Source of the DNA: Candidatus Poseidoniales archaeon
GTDB lineage: Archaea; Thermoplasmatota; Poseidoniia; Poseidoniales; Thalassarchaeaceae
Assembly: GCA_012964335.1 (NCBI GenBank)
Contig: DTUF01000022.1
Location: forward strand, 30,195 to 94,194
Direction: 5' to 3'
DNA length: 64,000 nucleotides
Under the pieces are notes generated by a model. The model ran no database searches. It had not been told where the DNA came from and was given only the letters and a program-made list of their open reading frames with translations. How positions within the stretch are numbered: position 1 is the stretch's first letter; each line of letters starts with the position of its first letter. Of the stretch, positions 9,236 to 18,592 are shown one piece after another. The position numbers were made by a program, and so were the translations under genes.

Positions 9236-11308
9236 ATGGGCGAGTTCCAACCATATGTGCCGGCGTCCGTAACTCTACCAGAATTGACAGTACGTGCAAT
9301 CATTCTTGGCCTAGTATTAGGAGCGTTAATGACTGCTGCTAATACATATCTTGGTCTTTACATTGGAATGACTGTATCCGCTTCAATACCTGCCGCAGTA
9401 ATGTCAATGTTGCTGCTACGCATGTTTCGTTTCAAAGATGTTAGTATCCTAGAGAACAATATCGTCCAAACAATGACTTCTGCGGGTGAGAGTCTTGCTG
9501 CTGGGATAATTTTCACTATGCCTGCACTACTTGTAATGGGTAGAGAAATGGACACATTAACCACATTCATTGTAGCAATCTTAGGTGGTATCCTTGGTAC
9601 AATTTTCACAATTACATTAAGGAGAGTATTCATCGTAGAAGAAGCACTTCTCTATCCGGAAGGAATTGCGTGTGAAGAAGTGCTGATTGCAGGAGAAAAA
9701 GGGGGTAGCCAACTTATTGTCATCCTTTATGCCTTAGGACTAGGGGCACTATACGGATGGATGGTAAAAGGATTTGAGTTGACACAGGCTAAAGTTGAGG
9801 TTGCAGTAGAAGTAATTGGAATTAGGATCTATTCAGCCCTTGACTATTCACTATCATTAGTTGCTGTTGGTTGGATTGTAGGATTAAATATTGCTTCCTA
9901 CATCTTTTTTGGTGCAGTGCTAGGTATATTCATTCTAACTCCAATTTACGGGATGACCTATGGTTGGCCAGTAGACACGGATTTAGCTCATGGATTCAAA
10001 ACACTCTGGGCTACACATATTCGATTCGTTGGTGTTGGATGTATGGTTGTTGGTGGACTCTGGACACTAATTGATATGAGAAAGACGATTTCAAGGGGTC
10101 TGAAGAAAGCGTTAAAATCAGGCATGACTGAATCAGAAATATCTACCATTAGGACTGAACAAGATATTCCAATGAATCGGGCATTTATCGGTCTTGCAGT
10201 AGTTGCTTTGTTGACTTTTGTTTTCTATTGGTGGAAAACGGGTTCTCTTACATTAGCGATAGTAGGTGCATTGTTTTTGGCTATTACGGCGTTTTTCTTT
10301 TCAGCAGTTGCTGGATATATTGCTGGGGTTGTTGGGTCATCTAATTCACCAGTATCAGGTATGACAATTGCAACATTGATGGCTACATCTCTTGTTGTTT
10401 GGATTGTTGGCGGTATATTCCTGAATATGAAACAAGAAGATTTGATGTATGCTACTTTGATTATCGCATCTGTTGTTGCTGTCAATGCCGCAATAGCAGG
10501 AGATGTTATGCAAGATTTGAAAACTGGTTACTTAATTGGTGCCACACCATGGAAACAACAAACGGCTGAACTTATTGGAGTTATTGTAGGAGCCGTTGTT
10601 GCCCCTCTTACCTTAACTGTTCTAAATGAAGCATTTAGGATTACACCTACTTACTGTGCAACAAATCCCCACCCCGAATGGGGGTGTGATAAAGTTTTAG
10701 AAGCACCTCAGGCTGAAATTATAGGAACTTTGATTGAAGGATTATTTGGTGGAACAGTAAATTACCCAATGTTGTTTCTAGGAATTGCAGTAGCATGTAT
10801 CATCATTGGGTCTAGATGGTACCTTGGAAAGAATGGTCCATCATTACCAATCATGTCAATCGCAATTGGAATGTATTTACCATTCTACTTATCCTCAACT
10901 ATTTTCCTTGGCGGTATTCTAAATCACTTAGTCACTCGTACAACCCACCTTAGAGTGGATGGGACATTGAAGGGAGTACCTTCTGAATCCGCAGTAACTG
11001 CTGGTAAAAAATTAATCAGTCGCGGCACTCTATTATCTGCTGGATTAATTGCTGGTGAAGCTCTGATGGGTGTATTAATTGCTGTATTTATCATCATAGG
11101 AATTGCTCCAAACGGATGGTTGCCTTTCCTTGGAACTCTAGGCCCTATTCTATCCACGATGTTCTTCTTGTGGTTCTTTGGGGTATTTACCTGGCTTGTA
11201 ACTAGAAACCTACCCCCTTCAAAAAGGCCGTTCTCTTTACTGTTTAATTGGGGCGCTGTAATCATTGACGGTGCTCGTAGAATAATTAACAAAGTGAGGG
11301 TACAATAA
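9236..11308 (+). CDS. OPT family oligopeptide transporter
   Basis: ELTVRA, YLGL..GMTVSASIPAAV, ENNIVQT, YPEG, GSSNSPVSGMTI and QDLKTGY motifs; many TM helices. Confidence 0.93.
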   Translation: MGEFQPYVPASVTLPELTVRAIILGLVLGALMTAANTYLGLYIGMTVSASIPAAVMSMLLLRMFRFKDVSILENNIVQTMTSAGESLAAGIIFTMPALLVMGREMDTLTTFIVAILGGILGTIFTITLRRVFIVEEALLYPEGIACEEVLIAGEKGGSQLIVILYALGLGALYGWMVKGFELTQAKVEVAVEVIGIRIYSALDYSLSLVAVGWIVGLNIASYIFFGAVLGIFILTPIYGMTYGWPVDTDLAHGFKTLWATHIRFVGVGCMVVGGLWTLIDMRKTISRGLKKALKSGMTESEISTIRTEQDIPMNRAFIGLAVVALLTFVFYWWKTGSLTLAIVGALFLAITAFFFSAVAGYIAGVVGSSNSPVSGMTIATLMATSLVVWIVGGIFLNMKQEDLMYATLIIASVVAVNAAIAGDVMQDLKTGYLIGATPWKQQTAELIGVIVGAVVAPLTLTVLNEAFRITPTYCATNPHPEWGCDKVLEAPQAEIIGTLIEGLFGGTVNYPMLFLGIAVACIIIGSRWYLGKNGPSLPIMSIAIGMYLPFYLSSTIFLGGILNHLVTRTTHLRVDGTLKGVPSESAVTAGKKLISRGTLLSAGLIAGEALMGVLIAVFIIIGIAPNGWLPFLGTLGPILSTMFFLWFFGVFTWLVTRNLPPSKRPFSLLFNWGAVIIDGARRIINKVRVQ

Positions 11309-11354
11309 TTCTTGAAATTAAATTAAGATTAGAAACCATCAAAGGCTTACGGAA

Positions 11355-12224
11355 ATGCAACCCCGTTGGGGAAGGACTGTGATGAGTACAGAAAATGGGA
11401 CGGAAAATGATTTTTCGTCTATTGATCAACTCTTAGAATGTGCGAAAAGTTGTCGAAGAAACATCGTAAAGATGGTACACCGCGCTAATGCAGGACATCC
11501 CGGCGGCTCACTTTCTGCGATAGATATACTTGTGGCATTATACAAAACAAGATTGAATGTAGACGCATCGAATCCAGAAGACCCTGACCGAGACCGATTC
11601 ATAATGAGTAAAGGACATGCATCACCAGCAGTATATTCAATTTTACACGAGATGGGTTATCTCTCTAGTGATGATTTGACTAAATATCGCGTTATGGGTG
11701 GGGTGTGCCAAGGCCATGTAGATATGACGTGGACTCCTGGGGTTGACTTTTCTGCAGGTAGTCTAGGTATGGGTCTTTCATTTGGTTTAGGAACCGCGCT
11801 AGCAGCCTCTTTAGACGGTTCTTCCCGTACTTCATTTGTTATGCTAGGTGATGGTGAATTACAAGAGGGACAAGTTTGGGAAGCGGCAATGGCCGCAGTA
11901 CATCATGAAGTTGGAAACCTCAAGGTTTTTGTCGATAGAAACAGAATCCAAAATGATGATTTTTGTGAAAACCAGATGAGAATGTTTGATGTCGCTGACA
12001 AGTGGGCAGGATTTGGTTGGGCAGTTCATGAATGTGATGGCCACGATATGAATGCAATACTAGGGGCTATTGAGTGGCTGGATTCCATTACGGATGGACC
12101 TGCGGTTGTTATTGCACATACTATCAAAGGCAAGGGTGTTTCTTTCATGGAAGATAATCCCTCATTCCATGGTGCAGCACCCAATGATGAACAACTCCAA
12201 ATTGCACTGGAGGAATTGAAATGA
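11355..12224 (+). CDS. transketolase N-terminal (TPP-binding) subunit
   Basis: GHPGGSLS, DRFIMSKGH, GDGELQEGQVWEA and HTIKGKG motifs; start may be ATG 11382. Confidence 0.95.
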   Translation: MQPRWGRTVMSTENGTENDFSSIDQLLECAKSCRRNIVKMVHRANAGHPGGSLSAIDILVALYKTRLNVDASNPEDPDRDRFIMSKGHASPAVYSILHEMGYLSSDDLTKYRVMGGVCQGHVDMTWTPGVDFSAGSLGMGLSFGLGTALAASLDGSSRTSFVMLGDGELQEGQVWEAAMAAVHHEVGNLKVFVDRNRIQNDDFCENQMRMFDVADKWAGFGWAVHECDGHDMNAILGAIEWLDSITDGPAVVIAHTIKGKGVSFMEDNPSFHGAAPNDEQLQIALEELK

Positions 12225-13156
12225 AATTAGCTGCATCTAGAGACGGTTACGGGTCTGCTTTGGTTAAACTTTCTACAGATCCAGCAGTAATCGTAGTAGA
12301 AGCTGATTTAGGTAAATCTACAAAAAGTCAGAATTTTAGAAAGTTGCACCCTGAAAGAACAATCTCATTAGGGATAGCTGAACAAAATATGATGTTAGTG
12401 TCAGCTGGTTTAGCAACAAGTGGATACAAGCCATTTGCATCAACATTTGCTATATTCACAGAAAGAGCATTTGAACAAGTTCGTAATGGAATTGCTAGAC
12501 CAAATATCCCTGTACATATTTGTGGCAGCCACGGTGGTATTCACACCGGCACAGATGGTTCATCAGCACAATCGATTGAAGACCTAGCCATCTATCGTAG
12601 TTTACCTAATATGTTAGTTTTACATCCTAGTGATTTCAACAGTACTGAACAGTTGACAATTCAATTAGCAAGCACCAATTCCCCCTCATATACTCGGACA
12701 GCTCGCAATAAAACTCCGGTGATATATGATGAAGATGCAGCCTCAAAATTAGAACTTGGTAAGGGGGCGATACTCTCAGAAGGAGAAGATGTTGCAATAA
12801 TTGCTTGCGGAGTAATGGTGTCAAGAGCAATAGAAGCTGCTGAAGGACTTTCTAGAATTGGAATTAATGCAACCGTTGTGGATATGCATACAATAAAACC
12901 ACTAGATGGTAAATTAATCTCAGCCTTGGCAGAAAAATGTGGTTGTTTTGTAACCGCTGAAGACCACTCAATTATTGGTGGGCTTGGTGGGGCAGTGGCT
13001 GAACATTTAGTTGAGAATTGTCCTGCCCCTCTGGAAAGAGTTGGCGTATCTGATCACTTCGGACAGTCAGGCGATGGAGATGAATTATTAGAACAATTTT
13101 CTATGGGAACTAATCATATTATTTCCGCAGTACAACGAACAATTCAACGTAAGTAA
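12221..13156 (+). CDS. transketolase C-terminal subunit
   Basis: GIAEQNM, TIKPLD and EDHSIIGGLG motifs; overlaps stop of the N-terminal subunit gene. Confidence 0.95.
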   Translation: MKLAASRDGYGSALVKLSTDPAVIVVEADLGKSTKSQNFRKLHPERTISLGIAEQNMMLVSAGLATSGYKPFASTFAIFTERAFEQVRNGIARPNIPVHICGSHGGIHTGTDGSSAQSIEDLAIYRSLPNMLVLHPSDFNSTEQLTIQLASTNSPSYTRTARNKTPVIYDEDAASKLELGKGAILSEGEDVAIIACGVMVSRAIEAAEGLSRIGINATVVDMHTIKPLDGKLISALAEKCGCFVTAEDHSIIGGLGGAVAEHLVENCPAPLERVGVSDHFGQSGDGDELLEQFSMGTNHIISAVQRTIQRK

Positions 13157-13231
13157 ATAGTTGTTTTAAAAACCGTTCAATCAATGCTTTGATGAACAAA
13201 CAGCATTTGGACTAGGGTAGGTGTAGTATCA

Positions 13232-13786
13232 ATGGGCGACAATTCTGAGAAATTGAAGCAGTTGCTTGATGGTGAATTAGGTCCTGATGCATTAGAAGAG
13301 GATCCAATCCTTGCAAAATTAGCAGAGAGAATTTACGGAGAGGATTTCCTTGAGAAAATGGGCCTATCTAGAGGTGAATCTAAACGTGCTCTTTCAGAAA
13401 GTCTATCAGACGATGACGAAAACGATTTATTAATTGAAGTAATACCCTCTTTTGAATCAGATCTTGAGCCATTTGATGCACCTACATCACCGCCTCGAAT
13501 TAACGAAACCGGCGGAATGAGTAAGGCTGGGTTAGGTATTGGTTCAATATTCCTAATTGTAGGTATAGCTAATTTGTTAGGTCTTCTTTCCTTCTTAGGC
13601 AACAATTGTACTGGCGGTGGTTGCCCAACGGATGGACATACACGTATGAATTGGGTAAGTCTTGGACACTTAGACAATGGCTGGGGTTGGTCTCCTCCCG
13701 CCTTTGATGGTAGCATCGGGATTCCAGATATTGCGGTATTAGGAATTGGAATTATTGCATTACTTTGGACTTACATGAAACGTTAA
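13232..13786 (+). CDS. hypothetical membrane protein
   Basis: SD-like AGGTG; acidic N-terminal domain; two TM helices flanking a loop with CTGGGC. Confidence 0.75.
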   Translation: MGDNSEKLKQLLDGELGPDALEEDPILAKLAERIYGEDFLEKMGLSRGESKRALSESLSDDDENDLLIEVIPSFESDLEPFDAPTSPPRINETGGMSKAGLGIGSIFLIVGIANLLGLLSFLGNNCTGGGCPTDGHTRMNWVSLGHLDNGWGWSPPAFDGSIGIPDIAVLGIGIIALLWTYMKR

Positions 13787-13798
13787 TACCGTTTCAAC

Positions 13799-15292
13799 TC
13801 AATACATTCTTGCAAGATGATTTCTCTTTGTAGTCATTTTGCCACTGATGATGCAGGGTTTTTCATGCTCAAATGGGGTCATACAGTCTCCTAGAATTGT
13901 TAACCCTGTTGTTTTCTCTAGAACTTCTGCATCTGCATCACTTCCATCAAAGGCAATCTCGTAGATGATGCCGTCTTTTAATTCGGCATCAAGGGAAGAT
14001 AAAGGAGCCACCATCTCATTTAGGACTGATGTAGTTCTTGACGCTAATTCGGATTCAATTTCTTTCAATTCATTAGAAACCTCCTTAACAATATCATCTA
14101 TTTTTAGAGGTTGTTTTCCACCAGTCCTTCTAGCCGCAAATGCTGTTCCATTTTCAATATCTCTTGGACCAATCTCAAGTCTTAATGGGACCCCCTTGAT
14201 TTCCCAATCATAGAATTTCTGTCCTGCTCTTTTCTCACGATCATCAATGTGTGCTCTAAGACCCGATGACCTAAGTTTTTCTGCGATTGAAATAACAGTT
14301 TCCATTACCGCTTCACTTTTATGCGCAGCCACAGGAATCAATACTACATGGATAGGCGCTGATTTTGGAGGGAATATCAAACCATCATCATCCCCGTGAG
14401 TACCCACAACTGCACCGAGTAATCTTTCCGACATGCCGTAAGTTGTCTGATGGCAATTCTTGTGTTTCCCATCTACGTCCTCGTATGTAATGCCAAATGC
14501 TTCTGCCCATTGGTCACGGTAATGATGGCACGAAGCCACCTGTAGAGTTCTGCCGTTGGGCATAATAACATCAATTGCAATAGTATACCAAGCACCGGGG
14601 AAGGTATCCCATACCGGCCTTTTTGAAACAATAATAGGTAAACAAAGATCTGACATGATATTATCTACAATTTCCAAATCCTCTTGAATTTGCGCCGATG
14701 CGTCTGCTTCATCTTTGTGTGCGGTATGTGCTTCAAAGAAGTGAATTTCTCTTACCCTTATGAATGTCCGAGTTTGTTTTGTCTCGTAACGGAAAGTGTT
14801 GACGATTTGGTAGGTCTTCAATGGTAGGTCTGAATGGCTTCGAATCCATAAAGGAAACAAAGTGTACATTGCTGTCTCTGAGGTAGGTCTGAGAAACATT
14901 GGGACATCTAGTTCTGTATCACCCGCGTGTTTGACCCAGTAGACTTCCTTGCTAAACCCTTCAACCCCCTCATCAAATCTAAGTTCACTGACATCCACAC
15001 CTGCCTCGCGTGCAGCTTGTAATCGAGACACGAGTTGATTCTCTTTTTCCAATAGGTCTTCTGGTATCAAAAGAGGGAAGTTGACTTCATCATGACCTGT
15101 TCTCTCCATTTCAGCATGAGTCAATGCATCAATGAATTTCATGGCCTTCCAACCGTACGGGCGCCATACATCCATCCCTTTAATGGGATACCTCTTATCG
15201 ACAAGGTCAGCAATTTCCACTATTGCGGGGTACCAAGCATTGAAATCAGACTTGGCGGGAATTCCCCGCTTTGCTTTGCCCTGGTTACCCAT
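13799..15292 (-). CDS. proS: proline--tRNA ligase (archaeal/eukaryotic type)
   Basis: RPTSET, FRYETK, HQTTYGMSER and WEIKGVPLRLEIGPRD motifs; C-terminal ARMY. Confidence 0.97.
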   Translation of the reverse strand: MGNQGKAKRGIPAKSDFNAWYPAIVEIADLVDKRYPIKGMDVWRPYGWKAMKFIDALTHAEMERTGHDEVNFPLLIPEDLLEKENQLVSRLQAAREAGVDVSELRFDEGVEGFSKEVYWVKHAGDTELDVPMFLRPTSETAMYTLFPLWIRSHSDLPLKTYQIVNTFRYETKQTRTFIRVREIHFFEAHTAHKDEADASAQIQEDLEIVDNIMSDLCLPIIVSKRPVWDTFPGAWYTIAIDVIMPNGRTLQVASCHHYRDQWAEAFGITYEDVDGKHKNCHQTTYGMSERLLGAVVGTHGDDDGLIFPPKSAPIHVVLIPVAAHKSEAVMETVISIAEKLRSSGLRAHIDDREKRAGQKFYDWEIKGVPLRLEIGPRDIENGTAFAARRTGGKQPLKIDDIVKEVSNELKEIESELASRTTSVLNEMVAPLSSLDAELKDGIIYEIAFDGSDADAEVLEKTTGLTILGDCMTPFEHEKPCIISGKMTTKRNHLARMY

Positions 15293-15324
15293 GATGTCGC
15301 CGGTCTACCCATCCGGCTTGAATA

Positions 15325-15615
15325 CTACGCTACTAAATTGGTGTTAGGAGGCCGAGTTGGGTTGATTATCGCTAGTACCGCAGCAACCATCCAAACTAAT
15401 TCTAGTACAACAAAAGCCCATTCACCGGTATGTAATGCCCTAATTCCTAAGATTGCTGAACCTACAGCCATTAAAAGCAGATATTTCATTCCGCGACTAT
15501 TGAGGTAACCTCTAGTCTCTAAAATAAATGCTATCAGAATACAGAACATTCCAATAAACGATGCTATACTGGTAATTGGTTCAAGGCTAGCCAAGGCGAT
15601 GGTAGATTCAGTCAT
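15325..15615 (-). CDS. small 3-TM membrane protein (CBU_0592-like)
   Basis: Three hydrophobic helices, IG..CILIAF...YLLL...GS......W.FVVLE.VW pattern; overlaps coaBC stop. Confidence 0.7.
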   Translation of the reverse strand: MTESTIALASLEPITSIASFIGMFCILIAFILETRGYLNSRGMKYLLLMAVGSAILGIRALHTGEWAFVVLELVWMVAAVLAIINPTRPPNTNLVA

Positions 15616-16864
15616 CGTCTACTTGTGATAACCTCTTCTCAATTACTTTTGCCATAGAAAAATTGTCTTCCAAGTCAATTATTGTCCCTTTTGTATCTAC
15701 CCAGTAGGCTCGTACTGGCCCATGATCCACATTTTCCAAATGGTTCGCAATTACGGCATCTAACCTGTTATTCTTCAATGAATCAAGGGCTGATTCAATC
15801 AATTGTTGTTTCGAATATCCAGATTCTAGCTTAAATCCAATTTTTAAATCATCTACACATGATTTACTAATAATGTCAATATGTTTTCTTGATTTTTGCA
15901 ATTCAATTGACAAAGTATCTTTTCCAGATTTTATCTTATTCTCATTTGAATTGGTAACAGTATAGTCAAGTACCGCTGCAGAAAATATCCAAGCATTTGG
16001 TGGATTCGGACTTTTAGAGATGTTAACGAGTTCAGAAAGCATTGATTCAGGTTCCATACACACTCTAATATCCTGCATACTTAAGGGTGAGTTAAAAGTT
16101 ACTACACCCCTTATAATAGTGACCTGATGCCCCATTCTATAGAGATAGTCAGCAATATCAAAACCGGTCTTTCCAGTTGATGTATTCTGAACCCACCTTA
16201 CAGAATCTATTGCACTACGAGTTGCGCCTAAAGTTATAGCAACCCGTTTCCTATTAGGTAGATTTGTATTAATTAAATGACAAAGTAACCCAATAATCTG
16301 TACTACATCTGGTTGTTTGTTTCGACCTTCTTGCTCTTCTCCCCAGAATACATCGTGACCAAATTCTTGCAATTCTTTACATAGATCCTCAGTTACAACA
16401 TCTTGTGAAAGAGAGTTATGCATGCTGGGGATAAAAAGCATAGGTAAGTTACGTCCTCGAGCCGCACTTAGTGCCATTTGCATTGGCGTGTCTAGTATGC
16501 CATGTATATGACAACCAATTGTATGTCGCGTTGCAGGACATACTAATACAGCATCAACTAACTCTAGTTGAGCCATATCAGCATCCCAATCTGTTACGAC
16601 TTGAGATTGACTAGCCCATTCAATCGCCAAAGGGGAAATTATTTCTTGAGCCGAGTGAGTCATAACAACGGTAATTTTTGCTCCATGACGTCGCAATTCC
16701 CTGAGCAACCTAACACTATCGACAACTGCAATTCCGCCACTAATAGCCACTAAAATGTGTTTATCAGAAAGTGCGTCGGATGAAACATCAACGCCAATGT
16801 CACTAGTATCACTCATTATTGGATGGGATTTGGTAGTCTCCTTTACGGCTATCGGTTCCACCAA
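15608..16864 (-). CDS. coaBC: bifunctional phosphopantothenoylcysteine decarboxylase/phosphopantothenate--cysteine ligase
   Basis: ILVAISGGIA, PAT, PSMH, IDSVRWVQNTSTGKTG, AAVLDY and GFKLE motifs; start probably ATG 16816. Confidence 0.92.
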   Translation of the reverse strand: MVEPIAVKETTKSHPIMSDTSDIGVDVSSDALSDKHILVAISGGIAVVDSVRLLRELRRHGAKITVVMTHSAQEIISPLAIEWASQSQVVTDWDADMAQLELVDAVLVCPATRHTIGCHIHGILDTPMQMALSAARGRNLPMLFIPSMHNSLSQDVVTEDLCKELQEFGHDVFWGEEQEGRNKQPDVVQIIGLLCHLINTNLPNRKRVAITLGATRSAIDSVRWVQNTSTGKTGFDIADYLYRMGHQVTIIRGVVTFNSPLSMQDIRVCMEPESMLSELVNISKSPNPPNAWIFSAAVLDYTVTNSNENKIKSGKDTLSIELQKSRKHIDIISKSCVDDLKIGFKLESGYSKQQLIESALDSLKNNRLDAVIANHLENVDHGPVRAYWVDTKGTIIDLEDNFSMAKVIEKRLSQVDDD

Positions 16865-16894
16865 ACTGAATTAGTTGGGCTAATTCGAACCGAC

Positions 16895-17485
16895 ATGGAC
16901 GGGGACCTGGCCACCATTCAACGAGTTCATCGCAGTATGTCTAGCACTTTGTTATGGTTAACTCTCTTGTTTTTCTTTTTGCTTTTGTCATTCTCACTAA
17001 GCCTTGACGGGGTATTATCACAAGTAGGAATGCTGATTTCAATTCTAACATTGACAGCTGGAATGACAATATATTATGGCTTTTCTAGAAGAAAAATTTG
17101 GGCGTACAGACTCGCTTTAGTTCATTGGTTATTCCTAATTCTAATTTGTTCTTTGATTACTATTATAGATTTGATATCAGGTATTCAAGGTAGTATAATG
17201 TCCGCAATAATGGCAATTATGCTGATATTCATTGTAATTGGTATGGTGAAAAGATTTACAACTTTTTCAAATCCTTTGTTTATGGCATGGTATATTGGAC
17301 AATCAACCAACATACTCGCTTCATCAGAGTTGCAATCAAATGAAATGATGGGGGCTTGTCCACATTGCTTATCGATACTTGCGGTCAAACCACTTGAATT
17401 GAGTGGTGAAGATTTATGTCCGAATTGTGGGGAGAAACTTGTTTCAGATGAAGTAGTTTCAAAATTTTCAGGTGAAGAGGAATAA
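16895..17485 (+). CDS. hypothetical 4-TM membrane protein with C-terminal zinc ribbon
   Basis: Four hydrophobic helices then CPHC...CPNC; ORF opens at 16823, ATG 16895 chosen to avoid overlap with coaBC. Confidence 0.75.
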   Translation: MDGDLATIQRVHRSMSSTLLWLTLLFFFLLLSFSLSLDGVLSQVGMLISILTLTAGMTIYYGFSRRKIWAYRLALVHWLFLILICSLITIIDLISGIQGSIMSAIMAIMLIFIVIGMVKRFTTFSNPLFMAWYIGQSTNILASSELQSNEMMGACPHCLSILAVKPLELSGEDLCPNCGEKLVSDEVVSKFSGEEE

Positions 17486-17492
17486 CCAATCT

Positions 17493-18524
17493 TCAGTCAG
17501 ATATGGTTAGATTCTTCCAGTATTCTTCTGGTACTTCTTGAGACAATCTGAGAGCACCCTCTGCACCTAACATCACTGGGTCCTCTACAATGTGGACTGT
17601 GATGCCGCCGAGGTCTGCGAGTCTTTCTTCAATGGATGCTCCTAAACCTCTAATGCCAGACCCACCACCTGCTAGGATTATGTTTTGTCGGAATCCATCA
17701 TGATATTCAGGATTAGAATCAGCAATAAGGGATTTCAAATTTTCAATTATTGGATTAATAATCGTTTCACAAGCAGATGAAATACAGTCTGTAATATCTA
17801 ATGACATTGCTTTCCCCTCAATTGAGAAGTCAACAACAACTGGATCCTTAGGTGGGGAAGTACTAGTGAATGAAAATTGTTCTTTCCAGCGTCTAGCCAT
17901 ATCTTTGGTAATCTGTGCGCCGACATATTTCCGTTGAATCGCTTCAATTAGATTTAGGTCTATCACATCTCCAGCCTGTTTAATATGTAATTGATCTTCA
18001 GGGCGGGGTATAGTTCCATACACTCTGCATATATCTGTTGTACCAGCCCCAATATCTACTACCATCGTGTGGTCCAACATGTCAAGAGCATAAGCAACTG
18101 CAAATGGTTCAGAAATAATCATGCAAGCGTTGACTGTACCAGCTGCAGCATCAAAAATTGCTGTTTTGTCAACGTGACTGGCTTCCGCTGGTGCTCCTAT
18201 CACTGCAACTACTCTGTCATAATCTTCCGGGTCTGCGAGATTCATCATATGGTTAATGAAGTGAGCGATGAATTTCTTATCTTCTGGAGTATCCTTGATT
18301 ACCCCATGTTCAAGAGGTCGATAAAGGTTCAATGCTAAACGATTTTTCAGTGCTTCTTCTCCAAATAAAACATCTCGTCGCAGGAAATTTTTTGCAATGG
18401 AATCCTTTGGTGTTCCTATCACCGTTAGAACCTGTTCTTTGTGTTTATCATTCGAAACCATGACCGACCTAAACGTACCTAAGTCAACACCGATGTAGAG
18501 AGTATCTTTCGCCATTGTATCCAC
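17493..18524 (-). CDS. MamK-like actin-family ATPase
   Basis: Actin-fold motifs IGVDLGT, SEPFA, VDIGAGTTDIC and AGGGS; MamK-type motifs PKD, PxPEDQ, KEQFSF and GALRL..E.PxxYW; SD GGTGGA before ATG 18515. Confidence 0.88.
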   Translation of the reverse strand: MDTMAKDTLYIGVDLGTFRSVMVSNDKHKEQVLTVIGTPKDSIAKNFLRRDVLFGEEALKNRLALNLYRPLEHGVIKDTPEDKKFIAHFINHMMNLADPEDYDRVVAVIGAPAEASHVDKTAIFDAAAGTVNACMIISEPFAVAYALDMLDHTMVVDIGAGTTDICRVYGTIPRPEDQLHIKQAGDVIDLNLIEAIQRKYVGAQITKDMARRWKEQFSFTSTSPPKDPVVVDFSIEGKAMSLDITDCISSACETIINPIIENLKSLIADSNPEYHDGFRQNIILAGGGSGIRGLGASIEERLADLGGITVHIVEDPVMLGAEGALRLSQEVPEEYWKNLTISD

Positions 18525-18592
18525 CGTTATCCCTGCTCCGCAGGGGACGGTATATCAATAATCCCTATCATTTGTTTACAAAGGCTGCTGAT

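Noticed and set aside
17493-18524. Magnetosome island or magnetotaxis implied by the MamK-like gene
   Set aside because: No mamA/B/E/M/O/P/Q or other magnetosome genes in the window; the flanks are archaeal housekeeping genes
17493-18524. Plain mreB call
   Set aside because: Motifs fit MamK better than MreB (no IEEP/DIGGGTT pattern) and no mreC/mreD are adjacent
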